Part shown: piece after piece, positions 47,848 through 61,300 of the stretch | Layout: the number at the start of each line of letters is the position of its first letter | How positions within the stretch are numbered: the stretch's first letter is position 1 | Assembly: GCA_014905635.1 (NCBI GenBank) | Contig: JABVCE010000020.1 | Span: forward strand, 62,001-126,000 | From: Scenedesmus sp. PABB004 | Taxonomy: Eukaryota | Reading direction: 5' to 3' | DNA: 64,000 nucleotides | Made by a program: the position numbers and the translations under genes | The notes under the pieces: model-generated | Databases searched by the model: none | What the model was told of the DNA's origin: nothing | What the model saw: the letters and a program-made list of their open reading frames with translations, nothing else

Positions 47848-50800
47848 ATGCACGCGTTCGGTGCCCACCACCGCAAGATGGACGGTGAGCGCGCGGCTCG
47901 CGCGCACCGACGCTGCTGCGGCGGCGGCAGGGGCGGCCCGCGCCCTGCCGCCAGGGCTGGCCGGCGCGGCGCGCCGCGCCGCGCCCGCCGGCCGGCGATC
48001 GGGCGCCGCCGCGCCGCGCCGGCAGCTTCGGCAGGCTCCCAGGGCGCCGGGTCACCTCCCGGCGCGCGCCGCGGCGCCGCGCGGCGCTCCGCGGCCGCCG
48101 CGGCGCGACAACCCTGGTCGCCCTGCTGCTGCGCCGCGCCGCGCAGACGCGCCGCTCGAGCCGGTGGCGGGCAGCTTCATGGGCTCGCTCGGCGCGGAGG
48201 GGTGTGGCATGTCGCTGGTGACTAGCGCGATGCCCTCGGCGCGGCAGCTGGCGCGCATGCGGCAGAAGCTCTCCCCCGAGGAGCTGCAGGCGGCGTTTGC
48301 GCGGCGGTGCGGGCGGCGGCCGCCGGCGCCGGCGCGGCCCCGCCCCGCGCCATCCTGCTTGCGGCCGCGCGCCGCGCCGCGCCCGACGCCCGCCTCGCCG
48401 CGGCCGGCCGCCGCGGCGCCGCGCGCAGCGAGGCGGCGCTGGCTGTGGTGAAGAAGGCGGCCAGCCGCGACTGGACGCCCGAGTACCTGCCGCCGAGCAT
48501 CGTGCCGCAGCGCTTCGGCAAGGGCTCGCTGCTCAAGAAGGCGGCACGCGTGAGCAGCGAGATGATACTGAAGGTGAGGAGGAGGGGCGGCGGCGCGGGG
48601 TCGAGGTTGCGGGGTTGAGGGTTCAGGGTTCTGGGGTTGGGGCTCAAAGGAGGCCGCCGAATGCGTCAGAGGCCGGCGCGGCGCAGAGGCCGGGGCGGCG
48701 CGCCCAGCAGCGGAGCAGAGAGGCGGCGCGGGCGCTTCGCCGACGCGTGTGCGTGCGCGGCCGCCGGCGCTGCCGCCGCCGCTGCGGCCGCAGGACGTCG
48801 GCATGGCGCGCAAGACCAAGATCGTGTGCACGCTCGGCCCCGCGTGCTGGAGCGAGGAGGGCCTGGCCGCGCTGCTGGACGCGGGCATGAACGTGGCGCG
48901 CTTCAACTTCTCACACGGCGACCACGACAGCCACGGCCAGGTCCTGGACCGCCTGCGCACGGTGCGGCGCCGCGGCGCGCGCATCGGGCTGGCCGCAGCA
49001 CGGCGGCGGCGTCCGGCCCTGGCAGCGCGCGCTCACCGCGGGTGCTGCATGCCGCCAGATCGCCGAGGCGCGCGGCAGCGTCATTGCCTACGCCCTGGAC
49101 ACCAAGGGCCCCGAGATTCGCACCGCCATGCTGCGCGGTGGCAAGGACATTCACCTCGCCAAGGGTGCGCCGCGCCGGGCGGCGCTGGGTGGTGAAAATG
49201 CGCACCCGCTGGCGGCGGCGCTCCGACGCGCGCCCGCCGCGCACACGGCCGCGCCCGGGGCGCAGGCCAGGAGGTGGAGGTGGTCGCGGTGGGGCCGGAG
49301 GCGTACACGAGCTGGGAGGGCTACGTCGACGAGGCCAGCGGCCGCGCCGTGATCGGGCTGAGCTACGACAAGCTCTGCCAGTTCCTCCGCCCCGGCAACA
49401 CCATTCTGCTCTCAGACGGCACTATCACGATCGAGGCGCGGCCGCGGCCCCGGGGCGCACGCACCCCGCCCGCCCGCCTGCCTTGGCACCTGCCTGCCTC
49501 GGGCCACCACGTGGCCCGTCCACTCGTGCTCACGCCCCCGCGGCGCTCTGTCCTGCCCCGCCCACGCTGCCTTGCTGCCTCGGCGCAGGTCAAGGAGATT
49601 CTGGACGACCGCCGCCTGCTGGGCGTCTGCCAGAACGCGCACAAGCTGGGGCAGCGCAAGAACTGCAACCTGCCCGGCGTCACCGTCGACCTGCCGGTCC
49701 TGGGGCCAAAGGACGTCGCCGACGTGACCGGCTTTGCCGCGGCGCGGGGGCTGGACTACATCTTTGCCAGCTTCGTGCAGAGCGCGGCAGACGTGCGCTT
49801 CATCCGCGAGGTGGGCGCCGCGGCGCTCGCGGCGGCAGTGTTTGCGGCGGCGTGCGCGGCGCGGCCGGGCGGGGCCTGAGGCCCGCGGCCGCGCGCCGCA
49901 GGTGCTCGAGGGCGCCGGCGCGCCGCACATCAAGATCATCGCCAAGATCGAGAGCCAGGCGCGGCGCACGCAGCACGCGCAGCACGCGCGCGGCGCGCAC
50001 AGCACGCGGCATGCACAGCACGCACCGCTGCGACGCCGCGCCGTCCGCCGCCGTCCGCCGCCGCGGCCGCCAGGCGGGGCTGCTGGCGCTGGACGAGGTT
50101 GTGATGGAGGCGGACGGCGTCATGGTCGCGCGCGGCGACCTCGCGATGGAGGCGCGGCGGGCGCGGCGGGCGCGGCGGGCACGGGGGCGCGGCCTCGAGC
50201 CTGGGCTGTGGCTTGCCGTGCTGAGCTTTGACCGCGCGTTGACCGCGCACGCTGCCGGCCGCGCCAGATCCCGCCCGAGAAGGTGGCCCTGGCGCAGAAG
50301 CTGATGATCAACAAGTGCCAGGTGGGGCGAGCGAGGGGGTCAGGGGTTTAGCGCGCAGGGCCCAGCGGTTCAGCGCGTCGGGGCCCAGCCCCTGCCGAGG
50401 CCTCCGCCCCCGCGCCCGCTCCCGCGCAGGCGTACGGCAAGCTGGTGATCTGCGCCACCCAGGTGCGCCGCGCCCCGCCGCGCCGCGCATGCCTCGCCCC
50501 GCTGCGCCTGAAACAACAATAATGCTCAAAATGACGCCCCCGCCCTCGCATCGGCGTCAGATGATGGAGAGCATGATCGACAGCCCAGCGCCCTCCCGCG
50601 CGGAGATGACCGACGTCGCCAACGCAGTCTTCGACGGCACCGGTGCGCTGCTGGGCACGCGCCGCCGCACGCGGTGAGCCCCGCGGGCCTGGCCTGAACG
50701 CTGCGCCGCCGCGCCCGCGCCGCAGGCGCGGTGATGCTGAGCGGCGAGACCGCCAACGGGCGGTACCCGGCGCTGGTCGTGTCGACCATGGCGGCCATCG

Positions 50801-52271
50801 TGGCCAACGCTGAGCTGGCGGTGGACTATGGCGAGCAGTTCCACGCCATCCGGTGCGGCGGCAGGGGGCGGTGGAGAGGGGCCCGCCCCGCGGCCGCGCG
50901 CCCGCGCTCGCGCCTGCGCCCGCATGCGCCGCCACGCCCGCGCCGGGCGCCTCGCCCGCCGCGCCGCGCCGCGCGCGCAGGGCCAACAACGCCGGCCTGG
51001 AGCCGGTGAGCCCCGCGGAGAGCCTGCTGGAGGGCGTGTGCACGCAGGCGCTGGGCTTCTGCGCCGACGCCGACGGCGACGGCGTGATTGAGCTCGGCGA
51101 GGGCTGCCTCATCGTGAGCGGCGCGCTGCCGGGCCCGCGCGTTTGGGCATGATTGTCAGACATTGCCAGGCAGTCAAAGTCAGACATTGCCATTGACTGA
51201 ACACAAACTCGCCCGTTTGACGTCGGAGGCGCGCCGCACGCACGCGCCGCGCCCGACGCCGCGCGCCCGCGCGCTCGCGCAGGTGGTGCTGACGCGCAGC
51301 GGGCTGGCGGCGCAGCTGGTCAGCAAGTACCGCCCGCCCTGCCCCGTGGTGGCGGTCGGGGACGACCCCGCCGCGCTGCGGGGCCTGGCGGGCTATTACG
51401 CCGTCTACTGCTGCCAGGTGGGCCTGAACAGCGGCGGCGGCTTTGCGCCCGACTGGGCCGGCCGGGGCTTTGTGGTTTAAGGGCTTTTGAGGGGCTGGCC
51501 GCCCTGGGAGGGCTCAGGCGCGCGCAGCGCCAGGCCTGCCGCCCGACTCACGCGCTGCGCGCCGCGCGGCGCGCGCGCCTGCAGGTGGCGTCGCTGTCGG
51601 CAGACCCCGACGCCGCGGTGCGGGCGGGCATGCGCATGGCGCTCGCGCAGGTGCGGAGCGCGCTGCGGCGCGGAACGCGCAGCTCACGTGGCGCGGGGAC
51701 GCGCCGCCGCCCTCCTGGGGGCTGCCGCGCCGCACATGCGACCACGACCACGTTTGATTTCAACCCTCACAAACAAAACCACACAAAACCCTGCCTCGCT
51801 ACACGCGCGCAGGGCCTGCTGACGGACGGCATGAAGGTGCTGCAGGTTACGGGGACCGACGGCTGCGCCGACGCGGCGCCGGTCGTCACGACCGAAAACC
51901 TGGGTGCGCGCGGCCGCCGCCCCCCGCGCGCGCCCTCCCGCGCCCTTTCGCCGCCGCGCCGCCGCGCCCGCACCCCTCCTCAAGCCCCCCGCCTCTCAAT
52001 CCTGGCACACGCGCACTCATCCCCCTCCCCTCCACCCCTCCCCCCTACCAGGGCTGCGGGCCAACTCGTTCATCCAGAAGCGCGACGCGCCGCACTACAC
52101 GAGCGCCTACGCGGGCGGCACGACGCACTGGCGCAGCACCGTGCGCATCGGCCGCGACGTCGTCGCCGCGCCGCCGGCGCGCTACAGGCGCGCGCCGCGC
52201 GGCACGCGGCGCCTCTGGCTCTCGCTTTGCCCACCCCCACTCCCACCCAAACACCCTCAACACACTCGCAT

Positions 52272-52308
<37 letters not shown>

Positions 52309-55300
52309 CTCCCTTGCCCCGGCCGCCAGGTCGCTCAAGATCGTGGCCACGCTCGGCCCCGCCACGTGGACGCCCGAGGGCATGGCGCGCATCATGACGG
52401 CGCAGGTCGACGTTGTGCGGTGCGCCTCATAGGTTTAGGGGTTAGGGTTTAGGGTTAAGGTGTTGACGTCGTGCGGTGCGCCTCCGCCCAGCGCCCGCGC
52501 CGCGCGTGCGGCGCCGCCACTCTCACCACACCGCCTCTCGCACCCCACGCCCTCTTGCCCCGTGCCCTCAACACGCTCACGCCCTCAACACCCACCCACC
52601 CACCCACCCACCCACCCGCCCACGCCCACCCGCGCGCACACACACAGCTTCAACGTGAAGCACCAGAGCCCCGAGCAGAACCAGGCGCTGCTCGACCTCT
52701 GGCGCGCCGCGGCCGACGCGCGGCGCGCGGAGGAGCGCGCCGCGCTGGGGCTGACGGACCTGGTGGAGCCCAAGCTCTCACACGTCGGCATCATGGTGCG
52801 GCCGCGGGCGCGGGGGCATGTGTGCACGTGCGTTCTGTGTGCGCGCGCGGTTGCCGCGTGCGCGTGCGTGGCGGCAGGGCGCGCGCACGGCACGGCCGCC
52901 GCGGGGCCGCCACGCCCCGCCCCGCCGCGCCCCGCGTCGCGCCGCGCCGCGCCCCAGGTCTCCATCCGCGGCCACGAGGTGCGCAGCGCGCGGCTCGACG
53001 GCGGCGCGGCCGTGGCGGTGGGCGAGGGCGAGACGCTCGAGTTTGTGGGCGTGGGCGAGGAGTACTACAGCTGGGTCGGCGGCCGCGCCGCGCCGGGCCT
53101 CGTGCGCGTCGGACTCTCGCTGCGCAACGTCGGCGTCGCCGCGCACCCGGGTGCGCGCGCCGGCGCCCCCGCGGCGCGCCCAGTGTCCGGCGCGCCTGTG
53201 CGTGGCCCCCTGACCCTCCGGTGAGCCCATGGTTCACCTGAACCCTAAACCACCCTCCCCGCCCCCTAAACCCCGCCGCGGCAGGCGACGTCATCCAGCT
53301 GGACGACGGCGAGCTGAAGGTTCGTGTGACCGAGGTGTTGTCGCCCACGTCCGTGCGCGGCGTCGCGCTCAACGCGCACAAGCTGCGCGAGCTCGCGCTC
53401 GTGCACGTGCACGGGGCGCGCCACGTTGAGGCGCCCGCGCTCAGCGCGCGGTGCATCGCCGACCTCGCCTTCGCGGCGGCCAACCAGGTGTGCAAGCGCG
53501 CGTGCGCGCCACCGCACGCGCCCCGCCGCGCGCGCGCTGGCACCGCCGCGCGCGCCGCCGCGCGCCTTGCCGCGCCGCTCATGCCCAGTCCGCGCGCGCC
53601 CTCCCACCGCCGCCGCCCGCCGCCCGCCGCCCCTCAGGCGACATACGTGAGCGTGCCGTTTGTGCGCAGCGCGGCGGACGTGCTCGAGGTGCGGCGCCTG
53701 CTGGACGAGGCGGGCGGCCCGGGCGTCAAGGTGGTCGCCCAGATCGACACCGGCAGCGCGGTGCGGGCGTACGACGAGATTCTTGCTGTGGCCGACGCCA
53801 TCATGGTCTCGCGCACCAACCTGGCCATGCTCGTGCGCCCGGAGAAGGCACGCAGGGTTGCGCCGCCGGGAGGGGCTCGCCGCTGGGAGGGCGGGGCTGC
53901 CGGCGCGGCGGCCGCCGGGGCGGGCCGGGCACTGCGGCGCAGGCGGCGGGCGCGGACGGCCGACCAAGCCGATCGCCGCCCCGCGCGCCGACGCCGGCGC
54001 CGGCGCCGCGCCGCGGCCACACACCACACACCGCAGGTCGCGCTGGCCCAGAAGTGGCTCATACAGAAGGCCCGCCTCGCCGGCCGGCCGGTCATGGTGG
54101 CGGGGCAGCTCATGGAGACCATGGCCGCCGCGCCGCGCCCCAGCAGGCGCGCCGCGCTGCGAACGGGGGCGCCGCGCCCGCCGCGCGCACGCGCGCGGCC
54201 CGCTGCTCGCCTCCCGCTGTGCCCGCCCCATCCAACACACGCGCGCACACACATGTGCGAATCACACGCGCCGCCGCCGCCGCCGCCGCCGCCAGGCCTG
54301 AGATCACGGACGTGGTCAACGCTGTCTACGATGGCGCCGACGCGGTGGTGCTCATGCAGGCGCGGCGCCGCGGAGCGGCCGGCGCGGGCCCGGCGCGGGG
54401 CCGGCGCGGGGCGCAGGCGGGCGCGGCGGACGGCGGCCGCGCGCGCCCGACCGAGCCCCGTGCGCGCGGCGCGCGCGCGCGCAGGAGACGTCGTGCGGGC
54501 TGTTTGCGCACGAGTGCGTGTCAACGACCGCCGCGATCATCGCCGACGCGGAGGGGTCGCTCGACCACAGCAGCAACTACAGGCGCGGTGGCGCGCCGCG
54601 CGCGCCTGGGGCCTGTCTGCCACGCGGCCGGCCCCGGGCGGCCCACAGCGTCGAGTTTGAACTCAACAGCTCAACCCCGCCGTCGCCCCGCCATCACCCC
54701 GCCGCCCCGCCCCGCAGCTTCATCCGCAACTTCACGCCCAAGCCCCTCGCCACGATCGAGGCGCGCCGCCGCTGCGCCGCGCCGCCGCCGCCGCCGCTGC
54801 CCACCGTCGCACCGGGCTGACCGTGCCCGCTCGCGCCCGCGCCGCTCTCCGCAGGCCGCCGCGAGCTCCGCCGCGGAGGCCGTGCTCGACGCCCAGGCGG
54901 GCCTGCTCGTGGTGCTCGCCGACTCGTCGGCGCCGCTGCGCTGGGCGGCTAAGTACCGCCCCGGCGTGCCGCTGCTCGCGCTCACGCGCGTCCACGCCGT
55001 CGCCGCGTCGGCGGGGCTCGTCCACGGCGTTGCTGCTTTCATCGTCCCCCCGAGGCGGGGAGCTGGGACAAGAACGCGCTCATCACGCTGGTGCGCGCCG
55101 CGGGCCACGCACGGCCAGGGCGGCCCGCGCGGGCCCCCGCGCGTGCCGCGCGTGCCGCGCGCCGCGCCGCCGAGGGCTCGCCGCCGCGTCCCCTGCCGCC
55201 GCCCCAGGCCGTCGAGATCAGCCGCAAGTTCTCGTCCGCCGGCGGCACGCCCCAGTTCCAGGCGCGCCGCGCGCGGCGCCCGCCCCCGCGCCACCGCCCC

Positions 55301-58300
55301 GGGCCGCCGCCGACCGCGCCGCGGCGCACGCCGCCGACCGCGCCGCGCCGCCGCGCCGCCGCGCCGCGCCGCCGCAGGCGGGCGACGGGCACAGCGACGT
55401 GCTGGTCGCGCTGAGCGGCCCCGACGCCGACCCCTTCTTGGATGTGCACAACTTCAACACGGCGCAGGTGCGGAGCTCTCAGGGCGCGGCGGGCTCGCGG
55501 GGCGCGGGCAGCCGAGGCGCTGGGCCGGGGGCTGACCGCTGAAGCGCGCGCTGCGGACGCTCGGCGACGCGCTGCGCCGCCCACGCGCGCCCGCCGCGCG
55601 CCGCCGGTGCCAGGTCGCGGCGCTCGTGTTTGGGGACGAGAGCACGAGCCTTACCGAGCCGGTCGGCTACCGCGGCGCGCAGACGCTCAGCATGCGCTCG
55701 ACCAAGGTGCGGCGGCGCACAGCAGCGCGCATGCGCCGCGCCGCATGCCTCGGCCGTCCTCCGCGGCCCGCACGCGCCCGGCTGGCGCCCGCCCTGACGC
55801 CCGGTCAAACCCCGGCGGCGCGTGGCCGCCGACGACGGTCAGGTGGGCCTGGACCTGATCATTGACCCGGTGCACTCGGCGCGCAAGACCAAGATCGTGT
55901 GCACGCTCGGCCCCGCGTGCTGGAGCGAGGAGGGCCTGGCCGCGCTGCTGGACGCGGGCATGAACGTGGCGCGCTTCAACTTCTCACACGGCGACCACGA
56001 CAGCCACGGCCAGGTCCTGGACCGCCTGCGCACGGTGCGGCGCCGCGGCGCGCGCAGCGGGCTGGCCGCGGCAGCGGCGCGGCCCCGCGGGCAGCCCCGC
56101 AGGCTCGGCCGGCTGACCCTCGTGCGCCGTCGCAGGTCGCGGCGGCCAAGGGCGCGCACCACGTTGCCACGCTGCTGGACACCAAGGGCCCCGAGATCCG
56201 CACCGCCATGCTGCGCGGCGGCAAGGACATCCAGCTCGCCAAGGGTGCGCCGCGCCGCGCAGCGCCGGGTGGTGGTGGCGCTGAAAACGCGCACCTGCTG
56301 GCGGCGGCGCTCCGACGCGCGTCCGCCGCGCGCGTGCCCGCCCTCGCCCGGGGCGCAGGCCAGGAGGTGGAGGTGGTCGCGGTGGGGCCGGAGGCGTACA
56401 CGAGCTGGGAGGGCTACGTCGACGAGGCCAGCGGCCGCGCCGTGATCGGGCTGAGCTACGACAAGCTCTGCCGCGACGTCAAGCCCGGCGGCCGCATCCT
56501 GCTGGCCGACGGCGCCATCACGATACAGGCGCGGCGCCGCGCGGCGGCGCGCCGCCGCGGCGGAGCGGGCTCGGGCGCCAGGGGGCTGGGCGACACGCAG
56601 GGGGCGCGCCGCCTGCGTGCCGGGCTGCGGCGGGCCGAGCTCAGGCGCCGCCCGTCGCGCTCTGCAACCTCTCCCCCCTTCTCACGCCAGGTGAAGGAGA
56701 TTCTGGACGCCAGCCGCCTGCTGGGCGTCTGCCTCAACGCCAAGTCCCTGGGGCAGCGCAAGAATTGCAACCTGCCTGGCGTGTTGGTCGACCTGCCCGT
56801 GCTGGGGCCAAAGGACGTCGCCGACGTGACCGGCTTTGCCGCCGCGCGGGGCATGGACTTTGTGGCCGCGAGCTTCGTGCAGAGCGGCGACGACGTGCGG
56901 TGCGTCGCGGGGCGCGGGGCGCGCGCCGCGCTGGCGCACACGGCCGGCTGGCCCGCCGCGCGGCCGCCGCCCCCGCCGCGTCGCCCTGACGCCCCACTCG
57001 GCCGCGTGCCTGCCTCGCCGCCGCGCGTGCAGCTTCATCCGCCGCGTGCTGGACGGCGCGGGCGGGGGCGGCGTGCGCATCATCAGCAAGATTGAGTCGT
57101 GGCACGGCGTCATTAACTACGACGACATCCTCGCCGCCTCGGGTGCGGCGGCGGCGGCGGCGGCGGTCGTGGCTGTGACGGCCCGCGGCGCGGGGAGGTT
57201 TTCTTCAGTGCCGAGCAACCCTCGCGAGGGCTCAGGCCGGGCAGGGCCCCAAACCCGCCGCCGCGCACCGCCAACGCGCGCCCCGCGCACCGCCGGCGGC
57301 GCCGCCGCCGCAGATGGGATCATGGTCGCGCGGGGCGACCTCGCGATGGAGGTGCCGAGCGAGAAGGTGGCGCTGGCGCAGAAGATGATGACGACCAAGG
57401 CCAACATCGCGGGCAAGTTTGTGGTCATCGCGACGCAGATGCTGGAGAGCATGACGGCCAACCCCCTGCCCACGCGCGCGGAGATGACCGACGTGGCAAA
57501 CGCCGTGTTTGACGGCGCCGGTGCGTGACTACCTGAGCACGCGCCGCCGCGCGCTCTCAGCCGCGCCGGCACGCCGCCCTGAGCGCTGCGCCCGCGCCGG
57601 CCGCGCACGCGCCGGCCGCGCACGCGCAGACGCGGTGATGCTGAGCGGCGAGACCGCCAACGGCGCGTGGCCGGCGCTCGCGGTGTCGACCATGGCCTCG
57701 ATCGTCACTAACGCAGAGGTCGGGGTCAACAGCTACCAGGTACCTGGTAGCTACGTGTGCACGCGCTTGGCTGGCCACGCGGCACGCCGGCGCCCGCCGC
57801 CGGCGGCCTCCGCCAGCCCGCCGGCCAACCACCGCCCATGCCCGCGTCCCTCGCCCCCCTCTTCACCCCCAGGCCTTCCAGTTCATCCGGGCATTCACCG
57901 ACCGGCCGATGAGCAGCCGCCAGGTGCGGCGGCGGCGCCAGCAGACGCGCCCCAGCGCGCCGCACGCCGGGCGGCCGCGGCGCCCCCGCGCTGCTGCTGC
58001 GCCGCCGCGCCGCGGCCCCGCGCTGCGCCCGGAGCGCCCGCCTCAGGCTCCTGTCTCTGTCCCCCGCGGCCACACAGGCGCTGCTCGCCAACGTGGCAAA
58101 GAACGTCATCGACACCGACGCGGGTGCGGCGCCCCGCCAACCGCGCTGCCGCCGCGCCGCCGCGGGCCCCGCCGCGCCCGCGCCGCGCTGCCCGCGGCGC
58201 ACGCCCACGCCCACGTGCCGCGCGCGCGCCGCAGGCCTGGTGCTCGTGCACGCGGGCGGGCGCACGGGCACGGCGTGCGACACGCAGGACGCGCTCGACT

Positions 58301-61300
58301 ACGTGCGCTATGTGGTCAAGTACCGCCCTGCCGTGCCGGTGCTGCTGCTCACAGAGGACGCCGCCCTCGTGCGCGCGACCGCGCCGCTGTGCGTGCCGCG
58401 CCGCCGCGCCGCTGCCGCCGCGCCACGCCCCGCGCCGCCTCGCAGCACGCGGCCGAGCCCCGTGCAGCGCCGCGCCTCGCCCCACTCACGCGCGCGCCGC
58501 CGGCCCCTCACGCCCCGCCCCGCCCGCGTTAGGTACGGCGTGCACGCGCGGCTCTTTGCGTCGACGCCCCGCGCCGCGCAGTCGCTGGAGCACGAGCTCT
58601 TCCTGGAGGACGCGGTGCTGTCGGCGGTGCGCGACGGCCTCTGCCCGCCGGGCAGCCAGGTCGTGTGCGCGCTGCAGACGCACCAGCCGGCGCTCGAGGT
58701 CGCGGGCGCGGGCGCGGGCGGCGGCGAGGGCGCGGAGGTGCCGATGCTGAGCTTCAAGGTGCGGCGAGAGGCTGTCGCTGTTGGGTTGAGCTCGAAGCGC
58801 ATGGCCAGGATTCCTGCGCCCTAAGCGCAGCGAGGCCTCACCGCGGCCCCCGCCGCCGCCGGCGGCTTGCTGCCGCGCAGGTGGCGCCCGGCAGGGCGGA
58901 GGACGCGCGCCCACGGTCGCGCCCCGGCACCGCCGGCGGCGCCAAGGCCGGCGAGGGCGCGCTGTCGCGCGCGTTCAGGGGCCTCGCGGCCGGCGCCGCC
59001 GGCAGCGGCGGCGACGGCGCGCCCGCGGGCAGCTCGCCGCGCGCGCGCGCCGCCGGCGCCGCCGGCGGGGCGGCGCACAACGGCAACGGCAGCGGCGGGG
59101 GCCGGCGTGACAGTGAGGCATACTGGGCCAAGACGCTCTCGCTGCGGAACACCTCCATCGCGCTCGAGGACATCCTGCAGGTGCGGGGGGCCCAGGGGCG
59201 GGCGGCGAGCAGCAGGAGCGGACCCCAGCCGGCGCGGGGCGCGCGGCCTGCCGCCGGCCCCAGCGGGGCGCGCGGCGCCGCCGTCGGCGCTGCGAGCGGA
59301 CGGTCGCCGCCGCGGCTGACGTCCGCTGCCGCACCGCCGCGCTGCGTGACACGGAACGGGCAGCCGCACGACGGCGCGGCGCGCAAGACCAAGATCGTGT
59401 GCACGCTCGGCCCCGCGTGCTGGAGCGAGGAGGGCCTGGCCGCGCTGCTGGACGCGGGCATGAACGTGGCGCGCTTCAACTTCTCACATGGCGACCACGA
59501 CAGCCACCTGCAGGTCCTCCAGCGCCTGCGCAAGGTGCGGCGCCGCGAGCGCGGCCGCCGCCTGCGCGCGCCGCGGTCCGCCCCGGCGACTGCGCTGCGG
59601 CGCGGGCGCGCGCCACGGCCCCCGCGCCCGCGCACGACGCGCGACCGCGGCGCCGCAGGTCGCGGCGGCCAAGGGCTCGCCCGTGTCGTTCCTGCTGGAC
59701 ACCAAGGGCCCCGAGATCCGCACCGCCATGCTGCGCGGCGGCTCGCTGGAGCTCGCGCACGGCCAGGAGGTCGTGCTGGTGGCGGTGGGCGAGGAGTACA
59801 AGACCTGGGAGGGCGGGCTCAACCCAGACACGGGTGCGCGCGGCGCGGCCCGCTATATGCTGGCCCCGCGCGCCGTGGCCCGCGCCAGCGGCGGCGATGC
59901 GGTGCCGGCTCGGGACGCGCTGCGCCGGCGGGGCTCACGCCGGCGCCCGCGTCCGTGGCAGGCGTCGCGGAGATTGGTGTGAGCTACGACAAGCTCGCCT
60001 CCAGCGTGGCGCCGGGCTGGCTCGTCAAGTTGGCGGACGGCGGGCTGAGCATCCGAGTGGCCGAGGTGCTCGACGCCAAGCGCGTCAAGGGCGTGTGAGT
60101 GTGCCGTGGGTTGGGTGACCCCGGGCCCGCGGCGCCGCGCGCTCTGCGGTCGCGGCGGCGCAGCGGCGCCCGCGCGCCCCGCGTGACGCCCGTGCGCCGC
60201 CCGCGCAGGTGCCTCAACGCCAAGGCGCTCGGTCAGAACAAGAACGTCAACCTGCCCGGCGTGCAGGTCGACCTGCCCGTGCTCACCAGCAAGGACATCA
60301 ACGACCTGGTGCGGCGGGGCCCAGGGGCTGGGCGGCGCGCGGCGGTGGGGCGTGTGGAGTGCCTGGGCGCCAGGCGGCGCCGGCGCCAGCGGGAGGCGGC
60401 CGATCACCGCCGCCGTGGCGTGACGATCCGCGCGGCCGCGCAGGTGTGCTTTGCGGTGCGGCACAAGTTTGACTTCGTGGCCGCGAGCTTCGTGCAGAGC
60501 GGCGACGACGTGCGGTGAGCCCGCCGACTGCCCCCCCCCCCCCCCCCCCGTGCCACGCCGCACTCGCGCCGGCCAGCCGCCCTCGTCGCTGCCCACCGCG
60601 CCCGCCCACCGCGCCCGCCCGCCCGCCGCGGCACGGCACACGTCCGCCGCGCCCACCCCCGCCGCGCCACACCCCGCCGCCAGCTTCATCCGCGAGGTGC
60701 TCGACCGCAGCGGCGGCGCGTCGATCAAGGTGATGTCCAAGATTGAGAACGAGGCGGGCCTGGAGCACTACGACGACATCCTGGCCGTCACCGACGGCGT
60801 CATGGTCGCGCGGGGCGACCTCGCGATGGAGGTGCCGAGCGAGAAGGTGGCGCTGGCGCAGAAGATGATGACGACCAAGGCCAACATCGCGGGCAAGTTT
60901 GTGGTCATCGCGACGCAGATGCTGGAGAGCATGACGGCCAACCCCCTGCCCACGCGCGCGGAGATGACCGACGTGGCAAACGCCGTGTTTGACGGCGCCG
61001 GTGCGTGACTACCTGAGCACGCGCCGCCGCGCGCTCTCAGCCGCGCCGGCCCGAGCGCTCGCACTGCCGCCCACACGCAGACGCGGTGATGCTGAGCGGC
61101 GAGACCGCCAACGGCGCGTGGCCGGCGCTCGCGGTGTCGACCATGGCGGCCATCGTGGCCAACGCGGAGGTTGCCAACAGCTACTACAGCTCAGCCACGT
61201 TCATGCTGGTGCGCGAGCGGCGGGCCCCTGGGGCCGCGCTGCCCGCACCGGCGCCGCCGCGGGCCGCCTCCTCCGTGCTCGACGCGGCCGCGACGCTCGC

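Noticed and set aside
52432..52460. True telomere or chromosome end
   Set aside because: Only 3-4 degenerate units, inside an intron of a continuous gene.
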